Of a DNA stretch of 64,000 nucleotides, positions 26,146 to 39,575 are shown piece by piece. The notes under the pieces are model-generated. The model was not told where the DNA came from. It searched no databases and was given only the letters and a program-made list of their open reading frames with translations. The position numbers were made by a program, and so were the translations under genes. The stretch's first letter is position 1; each line of letters starts with the position of its first letter. Origin of the DNA: Octopus sinensis (lineage: Eukaryota); NCBI RefSeq assembly GCF_006345805.1, contig NC_042999.1:121210001-121274000 (forward strand). Reading direction: 5' to 3'.

Positions 26146-26149
26146 CTAA

Positions 26150-27070
26150 CATATCTAAGGTATTGGGCCTACTCATGTTCATTATTTACATTGAAGATAT
26201 CATCAAACACAGCAACATAAGAACTTTCACAAATAATTCTAAGCTTCTAGAGGTAGGAGATAGGACAATTCTCCAACAAGAACTGCTTGCTGTTATCTAA
26301 TGGGTGGTGGGGACAATATACAGCTAAACAAGGATTAATTTTAATTAATCCACTTCAGTAAAAAGGCTCCCATATACTGTTCCCTAGAGCAAAATCCCCA
26401 CATCATCACCTCAAAGTGAATGGTGACAACAACTTAAGTTCAAGTGCCCACTTAAAAGGCAAATTTGGCATGACTCCGAGGTGTGCTTCTGGATCCTCAG
26501 GACTTTATAATTTTTTTCTATATTTTTATCAGTCCTCACCTAGATTACTGCTGTCCACTATGGTCTCTACACACAGGAGAAAATATATAAATTGAAGAAC
26601 ATCAAAGATCAACCATTAAAAAAACAAACCAAAAAAGAAATACTTAACGGCTCAATACCACAGTGAGTGCTATATCATTAGCATGATGGGGAAAATAAAC
26701 CATTGACATCACCCAAATGATTCTGGCAACAACTTTCAAATTCACTGAAGGCCTGGTTCCCATACCATTCATCCTCATCACACATCATAACACGAACAAC
26801 TATTTCATCTCTACTAGCCCAGCTCTCTTTAACATCATGCCAAAACACAGAAGAAAAAGGAAAACTCTCTTAACATTCAAATGATTCCTGGATGAAATTC
26901 TCCAACAAATTTCAGATACACCACTTACACCCAGATATATCTCTGCAAACAATAACCTGATTGGGTTCTGATGCCTATAGAATGTCTGTAATATGAAACA
27001 TCATTAAATTTCTTCCCCATGAGGTACTATTAAGCTAGACATGGCCTGGGCCAATTCTGTCCCCAAACTA
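26150..27070 (+). mobile_element. Decayed CR1-like LINE 3' portion
   Basis: VLGLLMFIIYIEDI-like RT motif; 3' end attaagctagacatggcctgggccaat is shared with the 54617-55100 copy. Confidence 0.75.
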
Positions 27071-27376
27071 TCTCTCTATCTACTATATGTATAGCATGTG
27101 TGTGTATGTAGTAAAATATATCAACCGAAATATACAGTATTATAGATTCAGTTCAATCAATTTTACCAACCACTTTCACACGAGGTATTAGATAATGGAA
27201 TAGTAGATAACAGCATGGTTAATAAAAACTGTTATCTAATAGCTGGTAAGAAAGGCTGCAATGAATCTATAATACTATATACTTTAATATATATTTTATG
27301 TATACACTTTGATTATATACTCTTGATGAGTATACCAGTGTGTATTTTTTCTGACATAGATTTTTAGATGACTATG

Positions 27377-27407
<31 letters not shown>

Positions 27408-27533
27408 CATGCACACATGAGTATAGATATTTAAATAATATATATGTATATATATATATATATAAATATATATATATACATAAACTTAGACATATAAATA
27501 AGGTTCAGTGTATGTGTGCTTGTGTGTGTATAA

Positions 27534-27579
<46 letters not shown>

Positions 27580-27683
27580 TATATATATATAATATAATTC
27601 GAGACAAAACCACTACTTTGCAAAACAAACAAGGAAAGACTTAATCAATACATAAAATTTTTTTAATATAAAGAAATAAACCG

Positions 27684-27726
27684 CCACTACAATCGTTTCA
27701 TGTCTTCAATGACATTCATCAGGTGG
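27684..27726 (-). ncRNA. Minimal type I hammerhead ribozyme
   Basis: Minus strand CCAC-CUGAUGA-AUGUC(auugaa)GACAU-GAAAC-gauu-GUA-GUGG: complete core, stem I 4 bp, stem II 5 bp, stem III 2 bp, GUA cleavage triplet. Confidence 0.8.
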
Positions 27727-28522
27727 ACTTTCAATCTCCTAATCTGTTTTAATTTATATATATATATGGTGTGTGTGTATAGCTATAGATATATATCTAT
27801 ATGATATATAAAGAATACAAATGGTTTAAGGTCCACTACAGCTATTTTAGACAATTTTTATTGATGTATAAACCAATTACAATACGAAAAAATTGACTCA
27901 TAAAAAATAACGATGTGGAATTCTTTATACACTCAGCATGAGTGATATATTTTTATAGAGTGAGGAAGTTTACCATAAGAAGAGAGATCTCTTCTGTTGC
28001 TGTCTCAGATTTTGAAATTTTAAATTTAAGTCAAAATTTTTCAAATTTGGTATATTGATGTAATTTTTCACACTGAATCTAAGTTTGTGATTTATTTATT
28101 CCAGTAAAATTTTAAAATAGTGTTACAGAGGTTTACAGTTTGATAATTTTTACACAATCAGAAAACAAGATTTGGAAGCTAAAGATTTTTTACTTGACAA
28201 GCTGTGTATAATAAAATGAAAGTAAATATTAGAAGATGAGATTTTAAACAAAGTAAAAGCTATGCATGAGAATTAATACATACACCAAGAGAGTGAATGT
28301 CAAGAGGATGATAAATACATATAGAGAGATTGACAAGTTGAGTTATTTCTTGCAGCAAATTATATTTCTTTTTATCATTATTTTGGGATGCAGATTTCAA
28401 AAATCAAATTCATTTTTCTTGAAGATGCGCCATTTCAGAGCCTTTTTGGGATAAACACACATACGTAATCACATATACTTGTATCTATATAGTAGATATA
28501 ATATATACATATATATAATAAT

Positions 28523-29403
28523 AAAGGTGGTATCAAATAGTTCTTGGACTAGTTCTCTAGCATGTTAACAGATAACGGCATATGGTTGTGTATGCAGTGA
28601 GAGCAAACACTGAACTACATGTGGCAGTGTGTCGAGTGACATTGCTGTTTACTTTGCAAGTTGTGAAACTTGTGTTTTTGTGATCACATGTATGCTGTAG
28701 TCTGCAATTTTATTAAGGACTGGATGTTGAAACAAAGAGTCAACATGAAATTTTGTGTTAGACCAGAGAAGTCTGCTGAAAAGACATTGAGCATGCTTTG
28801 GCAAGCTTATGGTGATGAGGTAATGGGTCGTACACAATGTTTCGAGTGGCACAGATGCTGCTGAGGAATGTCCCTGGAAGATGATGAACAATCTGGAAAA
28901 CTGCTATGAGTGTCATCCCTAGAAATATAGTACAGTCCACCAATAATTCATCCCTTAGGGCCAGAACATCAATTGAAAGTTCTATTGCAATGTATTGAAG
29001 TATTTGAGGGAGGAGATTTGGCAAAAGCAACCAGATCTGTGGAGCATGAAGAACAGGATTCTTCACTGTCCACTCCTTGTGAGTTTCTCACCAAACACAT
29101 CACTTCCACACCTGCCCTATTTGCTAGATTTAGCACCAGCAGACTTCTATCTCTTCCCCAAGATGACAAGACAGCTCAAAGGTTGCCATTTTAACACTGC
29201 TGTCAAGATCCAGAGCGAATCGCAAAAGGTCCTTGACTCACAAAATTGTCTTCCAGGTCAGATTTCAAAAGTGGCAGGAATGCTGGGACCAGTATATTGC
29301 TGCACAAGGTGACTATTTTGAAAGAGATGATGTTAAAACTTGGGTAAATAAGCTATTTTTTTATTAAAAATAACTAGTTTGGAAACCTTTTGATACCACC
29401 TTC
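28523..29403 (+). mobile_element. Internally deleted mariner element
   Basis: TIRs aggtggtatcaaa / tttgataccacct. N-terminal KQRVNMKFCV..KSAEKTLSMLWQAYGDEVMGRTQCFEWH and C-terminal PYLLDLAPADFYLFPK..LKG motifs; about 880 bp, first catalytic D region missing. Confidence 0.9.
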
Positions 29404-29718
29404 TATACATATGATAATATCTAATATTTCCTAAATGCCAGATGTGTTGTCACTGTAGACTGGAAACAATGGATATCAATGATCATATGGTTGTCTTGCT
29501 TGCTTACATTTATTACTCAATGTTAAGTCAAAAAGACACTAATCTACTCACAAACATACATATTATTACATACAATCATGTGTGTGTGTGTATGAGAGAG
29601 AGGTAGTAATATAAACAAAATTAGGTTTTACATATGAATGCGTATATACACACACACACACATATATATATTTGTATATATACACATATGAGTATATGCA
29701 CAAAAATATACAATAAGT

Positions 29719-30495
29719 ATGTGGCTGTGTGGTAAGAAGCTTGCTTCCCAGCCACATGGTTCCAGGTTCAGTTCTGCTTCATGGCAACTTGGGCAAGTGT
29801 CTTCTACTATAACTTCAAGGCTGACCAAAGCCTTGTGAGTGGATTTGGTAGACAGAAACTGAAAGAAGCCTGTCATATATATATATACTCTTTACTCTTT
29901 ACTCTTTTACTTGTTTCAGTCATTTGACTGCGGCCATGCTGGAGCACCGCCTTTATTCGAGCAAATCGACCCGGGACTTATTCTTTGTAAGCCCATACTT
30001 ATTCTATCGGTCTCTTTTGCCGAACGCTAAGTGACGGGGCGTAAACACACCAGCATCGGTTGTCAAGCGATTTGGGGGGGACAAACACAGACACACAAAC
30101 ACACATATACATATATACGACGGGCTTCTTTAGTTCCGTCTACCAAATCCACTCACAAGGCATTGGTCGGCCGGGGCTGTAGCAGAAGACACTTACAAGA
30201 TGCCACGCAGTGAGACTGAACCCAGAACCATGTGGTTGGTTAGCAGCTACTTACCACACAGCCACTCCTATATATATATATATATATATTTGTGTGCATT
30301 TGTGTCTGTGTTATCCCTCCACACCATCGCTGGACAACTGATGATGGTGTGTTTTCGTCCCTGTAACTTAGTGGTTTGGCAAAAGATACCAATATAAGCA
30401 CCAGGCTTACAAAGAATAAGGGGTTGATTTCTTCAATTAAAAAAGGCGGTGCTCCAGCATGGCCACAGTCAAATGACTGAAACAAGTAAAAGAAA
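29719..30495. mobile_element. Cluster of four SINE segments in mixed orientation (29719-29875 +, 29887-30100 -, 30115-30268 -, 30290-30495 +)
   Basis: tRNA-like head gtggctgtgtggtaag...ggttcagt and body ccttgtgagtggatttggtagac; conserved cagtcatttgactgcggccatgctggagcaccgcc tail. Confidence 0.8.
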
Positions 30496-32559
30496 TAAAA
30501 GAAGATTTACAATTCCTTAACTCAACCACTGTTTCAGGAATCTCAAGAGTTATGTAATAATCATAATAGTCATAATTTGCAGATGAAATATGCAAAAAGG
30601 CTATGGATATGCAACCAGTAACCTGTTACATGGAGATAGTACAAGTCCAGTTCCTTTAGCAAAAGTGCTTCATATAGTAGTGTTAGCAGATATAAATGGT
30701 TGGAAGGAAGAGAGGAAGAAAAACAAAAGAACAAAAGGCAGGGAGAGGAAAGAGAATTACAATGACATAGGAATGAAGGAGCAGAGGTACAACAGAAGAA
30801 ATAAAAGGTAGGGAGAGCTAGGAAGAATTCTTTGACATAGGAAGGAAGGAACATAGAGCGAGAAGGGGAGAAAATAAAGTTAGCCCAGTAAAAGCAAAAG
30901 CCACTGGCTGTCTAAGTAGGCAATAAATCAGTTTTAGATAGCAGCTGACCAGACAGAAAAACAGAAAGATATAAGTAATGAAGGCCTTGCTCTGAATGAA
31001 GAACTTGGAGCTTAAGTTCAAATTCATTTGAGCACTACATGTTTTCTATACTGAGCATAACTAGATCTCACCCATTGTCTGTGTACATGCGAGCACACAC
31101 ACGATCTGGTGTCTTACATTTTCCATTAGACCCAAGCTACAAGAGAAGACACTTAACTAAAGTATCATACGTGCATAGGGTGGGACTAAACTTGAACTCA
31201 TATAGTTGTGAAGCAAACTTTCTAACCATATAGCCATTCCAGTTACACACAAACACACATGTGCGTAAACCAAGCATCATCACTATATCTGACATCTATG
31301 TCTTTTTAATACCTTACACGCCCCATCACTTCACTTCTAATAAACTTTTCTTTCATATTTTCAACGCATATTTAATGACATTCCTTTAGAATTGCTGTAA
31401 ATATTTTGTATACACAAACATGTTTACATACATACATAAACATAAGCTACACCAAAATAAAGGAAAAGAAATATACCCATTTTGTGTTCCATTCCACACT
31501 TACAAAAACACTGGTTCAAAGTGGTATCTCTTTCTATCTCTTCTCTGTCACATTTCCATTTTCTTTATTGTGTGTGAAATTAATAACCATATTATTGCAT
31601 TGTATACATTTTTCCTTTTGTAAATTGAAATGCATGTGAGTATGCATGTATGACTATGAGCATATAAATGTATTCTTAGTACAATAATTATGCTGTTATT
31701 TTTCTAAGCAGACCCATTTCTACACAGATAATATTCCTTGAATTCTCCTGTACCTTTCTACTCACAGCTAGCATTGATATGCAACGTAGACATTCACTAT
31801 CTTGATAAATAGACCTTGAATACATTTTAGAATGAACATATAATCTGCTTCAAGAGTAGAAGGATGGAATCAGTACATAAATGAAAGAAAAATTTTAAGA
31901 CTACAACCCCTTTATGCAGAAAGATCATGTAAGTAAAACCCTAAAAATCAATTGCTACTAGTCTTGAAAATTTCTTATTTTTCATGGTAATCTCATATAT
32001 ATAAAATAACCAAAGAAAAAGATTTCAATTTCAAAGTCATGACCATCCATAAAATTGATTGTGACTCACATCAATTTATTGCTAACACATCTGGAATTTT
32101 TCTGGTGTCACATATATAAACTTCCAGAATTACACTCCCAAAAGCCCATTCAGATTATCTTTTAACTCACAAGACATATTCTCCTGTGTCTTCTATGGCT
32201 ACTACAAAGCTTACACATCACATGCCAAGTTTGCTCAATATACATGTTTTTACCCAATATTATGCTTATCATTTCATTCATCAAACTCATTCTGTAAAGA
32301 TACTTGTGATATACATTTTTGAACATTTCTTTTAGATAGGCAATACATGGTAATTGTAATCATATACATGTACGTATATGAAATGTGTGCAGTTATGAAA
32401 AAAAGTTTCCAATACAATAATTTACATATCTTCATACAATCCATCACTTGCAAATCTCAATTTCCAATAATTCCAAATGTAAATTAACTGTCTGTGACTA
32501 ACACATTGCAAGAATTCAGTTTGATCCTTGCAAATCTTTTCCATTACAAGATCAAGCAG

Positions 32560-33500
32560 TAATGTTGGAACAGAGGAAAAACATTGGTTCTAAGCTAAAT
32601 ATGTTCAAATTTGCTGCTTGCTTTGCATACAACTCTACACTGCACACACCGGATGTATCTCTTCCACAACTGTGACTTTTCCTTCTCTACAAGCCAACAT
32701 AACACACACAAGTGTGAAAGCACCTCCAGTTACTGTAAACAAATAAGGCCACCAATACTGACCATATCCCTTTATCCTCAAACAAACAACACACACCAAA
32801 TTCTACAATGTCTCTTTAAAAATAGAACTTGATTTTTGAAAACTTGCTATGGTGTATCCCATTCCTAAAATAAGCAAACTACTTGGACTCCACTAACTAT
32901 TATCCCATCATACTCATTTTGGAGAAATATGAACAGTTTTTTCACATTGAATCTATCTCTCTTCTTTGAGACCATCACAATGGCATTCATAAAACAAGAC
33001 TTATTGGACACCTACTCTCCTATGTTATTCAATATTGGACTCTTGCTCAAGAGAAATTTAGTGAAAGCAGTCTTCTTGCTGTTAACAACAATAGAACTTT
33101 CAATTATGTCTGATGCATAAATAATGCAAAACTATTTATTGTGGGCTCCACCTGCCTCATTCTCTTGGATTGGTTGTTTCTAGCCAGATTGCAATATCAT
33201 GATATATGCTAATGGTGCTTCGATGCACATTTTACTAATTCTGTCACTCTTCCTCCTATATCAACAACTTACTTGTCAGTTTCCACAATATCTCGTCCTT
33301 CACCTGGAACAGTGTTACTGCTGCTATATGTCACAGGCATTGAAGAAAGGAAACACAGGCCACTTGACTAACTAGCATGAAGTTGTTCATGAAGAGGCTC
33401 AAACTTCTGTCTTACAGACATGCTGTCTCCTATCTCAGTTATACTAGTGCTAAACAGCAATGCCAATGACACTAAAAGTCACACTAAGCAAAACTGGTCT
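32560..33500 (+). mobile_element. Highly decayed LINE RT fragment (clade uncertain)
   Basis: AMVYPIPK...PTNYYPI resembles AxVxPIPK...PxNYRPI, followed by further degenerate RT segments. Confidence 0.55.
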
Positions 33501-33587
33501 ACTCATGTGCACTATCCAAAACACCACATGCATTACATAGGTCAAGGCTAAAAATTTTTAACAAAACATGAAAAAGGGGAAACTGTT

Positions 33588-33684
<97 letters not shown>

Positions 33685-33715
33685 GAATATACATATACAT
33701 GTGTATATACATGTA

Positions 33716-33960
33716 TCATCATCATCATCATCATCGTTTAACGTCCGTTTTCCACGCTAGCACGGGTTGGACGGTTTCGACCGGGGTCTGGGGAGCCAGG
33801 GGCTGTCCCAGGCTCCAGTCTGGTCTGGCAGTGTTTCTACAGCTGGATGCCCTTCCTAACGCCAACCACTCCGCGAGTGTAGTGGGTGCTTTTTACGTGC
33901 CACCTGCACAGGTGCCAGAGGGGTCTGGCATCGGCCACGTTCGGATGGTGCTTTTTGTGT
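33716..33960 (-). mobile_element. RTE 3'-UTR fragment
   Basis: (CAT)n tail followed by ttaacgtccgttttccacgctagcacgggttggacgg. Confidence 0.8.
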
Positions 33961-34215
33961 GGGGGGAGGGTGCAGAAATATAGGGGAGCACCAGTGGGGA
34001 GGGGTGTTCGGAGAAACGATGACAGGTTCTAGACAAGTAGAACGTAGGGTATCACGAGAGGGGTAATGCATGGTGAAATAGCGTATTGAAGAGGGGGGTT
34101 CGAAGAGTAGACACCTATAATGGTGGTGGGAGAAGCGACATCCGGTATAGATGGAGCAAAAATATAGAGATATCCGGTATTGGTGGTGGGGGTGGGAAAG
34201 GGCGGGTGCACCAGG

Positions 34216-34935
34216 AATATGCGAAGGTTGAAGGTTGAACTTGACGGGCTGGCTTAAAAATGCTCTTAGCAATGGAAGGGGGGAAAGGAAGAGGGGGGGA
34301 GGGCATACAACGTAAAAGAGAGAGAGAGAGAGAGAGAGAGAAGGGAATAGTGGAACCCCGCGAAAATCGGCCGCCATTGAAAAAATCGTGTATGGAGAAA
34401 CTGAAATATCTATTCTGTATTTAGCGAGACACGAGGCCAGAAAACCGATGGTCAACAATAACTAATAAATTATACAGAATATGCAATACGAGGCGAAATA
34501 ATAATACTAATAAACAAGGGTCAAAGGGATAATACTAATACTAATACAGATTACGGGATGAATTAGATTAGAAAGATTTTCTTATCTTGGGAACATTTCG
34601 TTTTTCGGCCTGACACGGCGAATATGCGAGGTTGAACTTGACGGGCTGGCTTAAAAATGCTCTTAGCAATGGAAGGGGGGAAAGGAAGAGGGGGGGAGGG
34701 CATACAACGTAAAAGAGAGAGAGAGAGAGAGATATAGAAGGGAATAGTGGAACCCCGCGAAAATCGGCCGCCATTGAAAAAATCCTGTATGGAGAAACTC
34801 AAATATCTATTCTGTATTTAGCGAGACACGAGGCCGGAAAACCGATGGTCAACAATAACTAATAAATTATACAGAATATGCAATACGAGGCGAAATAATA
34901 ATACTAATAAACAAGGGTCAAAGGGATAATACTAA
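34216..34935. repeat. ~400-bp-period tandem duplication of a CpG-rich unclassified element
   Basis: 34216-34560 is nearly identical to 34621-34935; ends in a (TAA)n run. Confidence 0.9.
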
Positions 34936-35039
34936 TACTACTACTAATAATAATAATAATAAACAGCTTAACCACTAGAGATCAGACAAATTTGCATGAG
35001 ATGCATGTATATGTATATATATGAATATATAGGTATATA

Positions 35040-35299
35040 CAGCAGCGGCCAAAATGTTCAGAACGGCATTGTTTTCGTAAGAAAAGTAGATTTTGGCCGC
35101 CATGGGTTTTGCAGTAAATCACTAAATCATCCATAACTTTTGTATTATCCTCTCAAATTACACCAAATTCTCAGACAATAACAATTAATATTGTATTTAT
35201 TGTCTGTGAAAAGTATAGAATACAAAACTACTTTGATAAAAACTTATACTTACATTTCTGACGAAAACAATGCCATTCTGAACATTTTGGCCGCAACTG
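35040..35299. mobile_element. 260-bp Tc1/mariner-type MITE
   Basis: ~45-bp TIRs cagcagcggccaaaatgttcagaacggcattgttttcgt / acgaaaacaatgccattctgaacattttggccgcaactg, flanked by TA on both sides. Confidence 0.9.
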
Positions 35300-35340
35300 T
35301 ATATACATATATATATGTATGTACATGTATATATATATAT

Positions 35341-35655
35341 ATCATCATCATCATCATTTAGCGTCCGTTTTCCATGCTAGCATGGGTTGGACGGTCCAAC
35401 TGGGGTCTGTGAAGCTGGAAGGCTTCATCAGGCCCAGTCAGATCTGGCAGTGTTTCTACGGCTGGATGCCCTTCCTAACGCCAACCACTCCGTGAGTGTA
35501 GTGGGTGCTTTTTACGTGCCATCCGCACAGGTGCCAGACAGAGCTGGCAAACGGCCACGAACGGATGGTGCTTTTATGTGTCACCGGCACGGGGGCCAGG
35601 CGAGGCTGGCAACGGACACGAACGGATGGTGCTTTTACGTGCCACCAACACGGGG
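35341..35655 (-). mobile_element. RTE 3'-UTR fragment with minisatellite units
   Basis: (CAT)n tail, conserved core and repeated ggccacgaacggatggtgctttt units. Confidence 0.8.
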
Positions 35656-35677
35656 GATGCATACATATGTATGTATG

Positions 35678-35713
<36 letters not shown>

Positions 35714-35800
35714 CATACATACATATGTATATATATATATATGCATACATATGTATATATATATATATGCATACATATGTGTATATATATATATGCATAC

Positions 35801-35845
<45 letters not shown>

Positions 35846-35900
35846 TACATATATATATATATATACATGTATATATATGTATATGTACATATATGTATAA

Positions 35901-37328
35901 ACTGGCTGGTGTACCCAGTAATTCCCAAGGGTAAAGATGTTATATTGAAACACCTTATTGCTCTGATATAATTTTGCTATAACTTTTGCTATAACTGCCT
36001 CAAAAGGTGTATTTTCTGTCACGAAAAAGTACAAAAACTCTCAGCAGGAGGAGGGAGAGATTGTATGTATATAAATATATGAAGTGTTTGAAGAAAGTGC
36101 AATAATAACGCTCACACTCACTGATGCTTGCCCTCAGTAACTGCCTTTAGCTTACGGAGTTCTTGTTTTTATAACTATCGAAAAGCAGCCAGAAAGATAG
36201 ACATATTGTTGAGAACAAATGATTTCGTTGGTTACTTGAAGTAGGGGCAATAATAATGTACACACTCACTGATAGTCGCTCTCAGTAACTGCCTTTAGTT
36301 TACGGACTTCTTGTTTTCATAACTATCGGAAAGCAGCCAGAAGGATAGACATATTGTCGAGAACAAATGATTTCGTTGGAGGTCTGTTATCTCCATTCCA
36401 GCCCTTGGTGGCCTAGAAGAGGTTACAAGGATCAAGTAGCAAAGACATTATTCTGCTCAGCGAAGGCATGTATTACTGCTGTCATTCACAGAAAAACCAT
36501 TGTTTTACTGTGAGAAAAACGCTGTTGAAATGTTAAGTGAAATTTGGCAATCGAGGATTGAATCCATGATATGCCTGCATGAAGCCACTACAAATACACT
36601 GAGAAACAAAAAAGATTATCTACTGTCATGGAAAATGTGTAACTGTAAAAATGCAGAATTATCGGAGTAATGGGCATTCAAAAAAGTTTGTATGTATAGA
36701 AATGTATCAATGAAGTCTTGAATGTTTAAGGTTCAAATTAAGGAAGTACAATAATAATGTTTAGCAGTTCAAAACTGTGAGTAGCGAAATGCACTAATAG
36801 GTCGGCTGATAATGAGAATCAAATATTGATCGCTTCGCTAAAAACTGCAGGTGGTATGGGTTATTTCCCTTGGGTTGTTTCAATAAAATATTAGTAATAT
36901 GTAGTAGATAGAAGGATCCGTTGGAGGGGCCCTATTATCGATATTTTTTCAACTATCAGTGTGTCAAAGTATAAAAGTGATATTGTCTGCAAAAATTAGA
37001 AGTTTGACACACAAAAAAATCAATATTCAAAGTAATCGAACATAGACAATGAAATGGGTTATTAGCCTTGAGTGTTTAAAAAAATATTGTGCAGGTGCTA
37101 TGGGTTATTTCCCTTGGGTGTAAAAATACTGAGTTACATGAGGTAGATATAAAGGTCCCTGCCAGGGGCTGTATTATCGATTTTTTACAAAAATTTAAGT
37201 ATGCCACCAGGTTTCCAGACATGAGTTCTACTTACGTGTCAAGTTTCATCAAAATCAATAAAATGGTGTAGGAGGTGTTAGCTAACAATGTCACAAACAC
37301 ACACCAATTTTCCACATATGTAGTGGAT
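35901..37328 (+). mobile_element. Non-autonomous Helitron-like (Lep1/HINE-type) element with internal duplications
   Basis: 5' ACTGGC plus an ACCC/GGGT hairpin; 3' aagtttcatcaaaatc...acaaacacac...gtagtggat; internal ~149-bp tandem (36094-36380). Confidence 0.5.
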
Positions 37329-37461
37329 ATTTATATATATGTATATATCTATCTATCTATATATATATATATATATATATACATGTGTATATATATATGT
37401 AGATGTATATATATACGTATGTATATAAATGTATACATATATGTATATATATAAATATAAG

Positions 37462-37529
<68 letters not shown>

Positions 37530-37530
<1 letters not shown>

Positions 37531-38955
37531 CATCATTGTTTAATGTCCATTTTTCCATGCTGGCATAGGTTGGACGGTTTGACTAGGGAGTGGCAAGCCA
37601 GGTGGCAGCACCAGGTTCCAATCTGATCTGGCAATGTTTCTACAGCTGGATGCCCTTCCTGATGCCAACCACTCCGAGAGTGTAGTGTGTGATTTTTATG
37701 TGCAACTGGCATGTGAGCCAGTCAGGCAGTACTGGCATTGGCTACATTCGGAAGGTGCTCTTTAAGTGTCACCGGCACATGAGCCAGTCAGGGCAGGGAA
37801 GCTGGTACTGACCATGTTTGGATGGTGCTTTTTACGTGTTACCGGCACAGGGAACCAGTCAGGCGGCTCTCGCAGTAATCCACGCATGAATGGTGCTTAC
37901 TGCATGCCACTAACAATGGTATCGGCCACAATTACAATTTCCATTTGATTGTGATTTGATTTGATTTTGATTTACTTGACTCAATAGGTCTCCTCAAGCA
38001 CAGCATGTCACCCGACAATTCAAAGGTACTTTTTAAATGGGCTGATTATGCAACACTGATGTAGGCTAAGGCTGTGATCTCACTTCCCTTGTTGGGTCTT
38101 CTCAATCACAGCATATCTCCAGAGATCTCAGTCTTTCGTCATTGTCTCTGTGAGGCCCAACATTCAAAGTCATGCTTGACCACCTCATCCCATGTCTTCC
38201 TGGGTCTCCCACTTCTACAGGTTCCTTCCACTGTTAGGGAGTGACACTTCTTCACACAGCTCTCCTCATCCATATGTAACACATGACCATACCAGCACAG
38301 TAGTCTCCCTTGCACTAATCTGATGCTTCTTTATGTCCAAACATTTCTCTCAAGGTGCTTACCCTCTGTCATGTGTACACACTGACATTACACATCCAGC
38401 GGATCATAGTAGCTTCATTTCTTTTGAGCCTATGCATGTCTTCAGCTGCTATGACCCATGTTTCACTGCTGTATAGCATGGCAGTTCGTAAACATGCATC
38501 GTACGACCTACCTTTCACTCTGAGCAAGAGGCCCTTTGTCACCAGTAGAGGTAGGAGCTTTCTGAACTTTGCCTGGGCTATTCTTATTCTAGTGGCAATG
38601 CTCTCTGAGCATCCAGCCCCACATCAGACATGGTCACATAAGTAGAGAAAGCTATCAACTTCTTCTAGTTTCTCCCCCTGGCATGTGATGGAATCAGTTT
38701 TCTGAACATCTGCAGTATTTATAGCCCCTGTGCATCTGCTGCACACAAAAGCTATCTTCCTGGTTGACCTTCCTTTGATGTTGCTGCACCTCTTATGCAT
38801 TCATGGCTTACACTGGGTACATTTTATGTTGTTTCAACCTACACCTTTTCTACAGATCGAGCAAGGTCATCTACATGAAGGGGTTTGTGATTTGTTCACC
38901 TTCTTACTTACTAGGACTTTGGGTTTTGCAACATTTACTCTCAAGGCCCTTCGAT
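37530..38955 (-). mobile_element. 5'-truncated RTE LINE (ORF end plus full 3' UTR)
   Basis: In order on +: (CAT)n tail, conserved core, degenerate minisatellite, (ATTTG)n, then the reverse of the RTE C-terminal coding region; same layout as 50867-51825. Confidence 0.8.
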
Positions 38956-39006
38956 TCTAAACGTATGTATACACATATACATATATATGTGTAAATATAT
39001 ATATGC

Positions 39007-39054
<48 letters not shown>

Positions 39055-39334
39055 GTATAATGTATGTATGTGTGTGTGTGTATATATTTTTTTTTTCTAG
39101 GCCTATATATATAAATATATATACATACATAGATATATATGCATGTATATTTACCTAACGATCACTCAGAAAGTGACCGGACTTTACCAGGAGTAAATCA
39201 TTCATTTTATTATCCATTATACACATATATATATATATACATATACATATACACACACACATATATATACATACACACATATATATATATGTCAAAACAC
39301 ATATATATGTATATATATATATACATTTTTTTTT

Positions 39335-39530
39335 TTTACTTGTTTCAGTCATTTTGACTGCGGCCGTGCTGGAGCACCGCCTTTAGTCAAGCAAATCGAC
39401 CCCGGGACTTATTCTTTGTAAGCCCAGTACTTATTCTATCGGTCTCTTTTGCCAAACCGCTAAGTGACGGGGACGTAAACACACCAGCATCGGTTGTCAA
39501 GCAATGCTAGGGGGACAAACACAGACACAC
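39335..39530 (-). mobile_element. SINE
   Basis: ttacttgtttcagtcattttgactgcggccgtgctggagcaccgcc family. Confidence 0.8.
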
Positions 39531-39540
39531 AAACACATAC

Positions 39541-39572
<32 letters not shown>

Positions 39573-39575
<3 letters not shown>

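Noticed and set aside
33856-34458. 200-aa minus-strand ORF
   Set aside because: Runs through a (CT)n microsatellite and a duplicated repeat; no recognisable motif.
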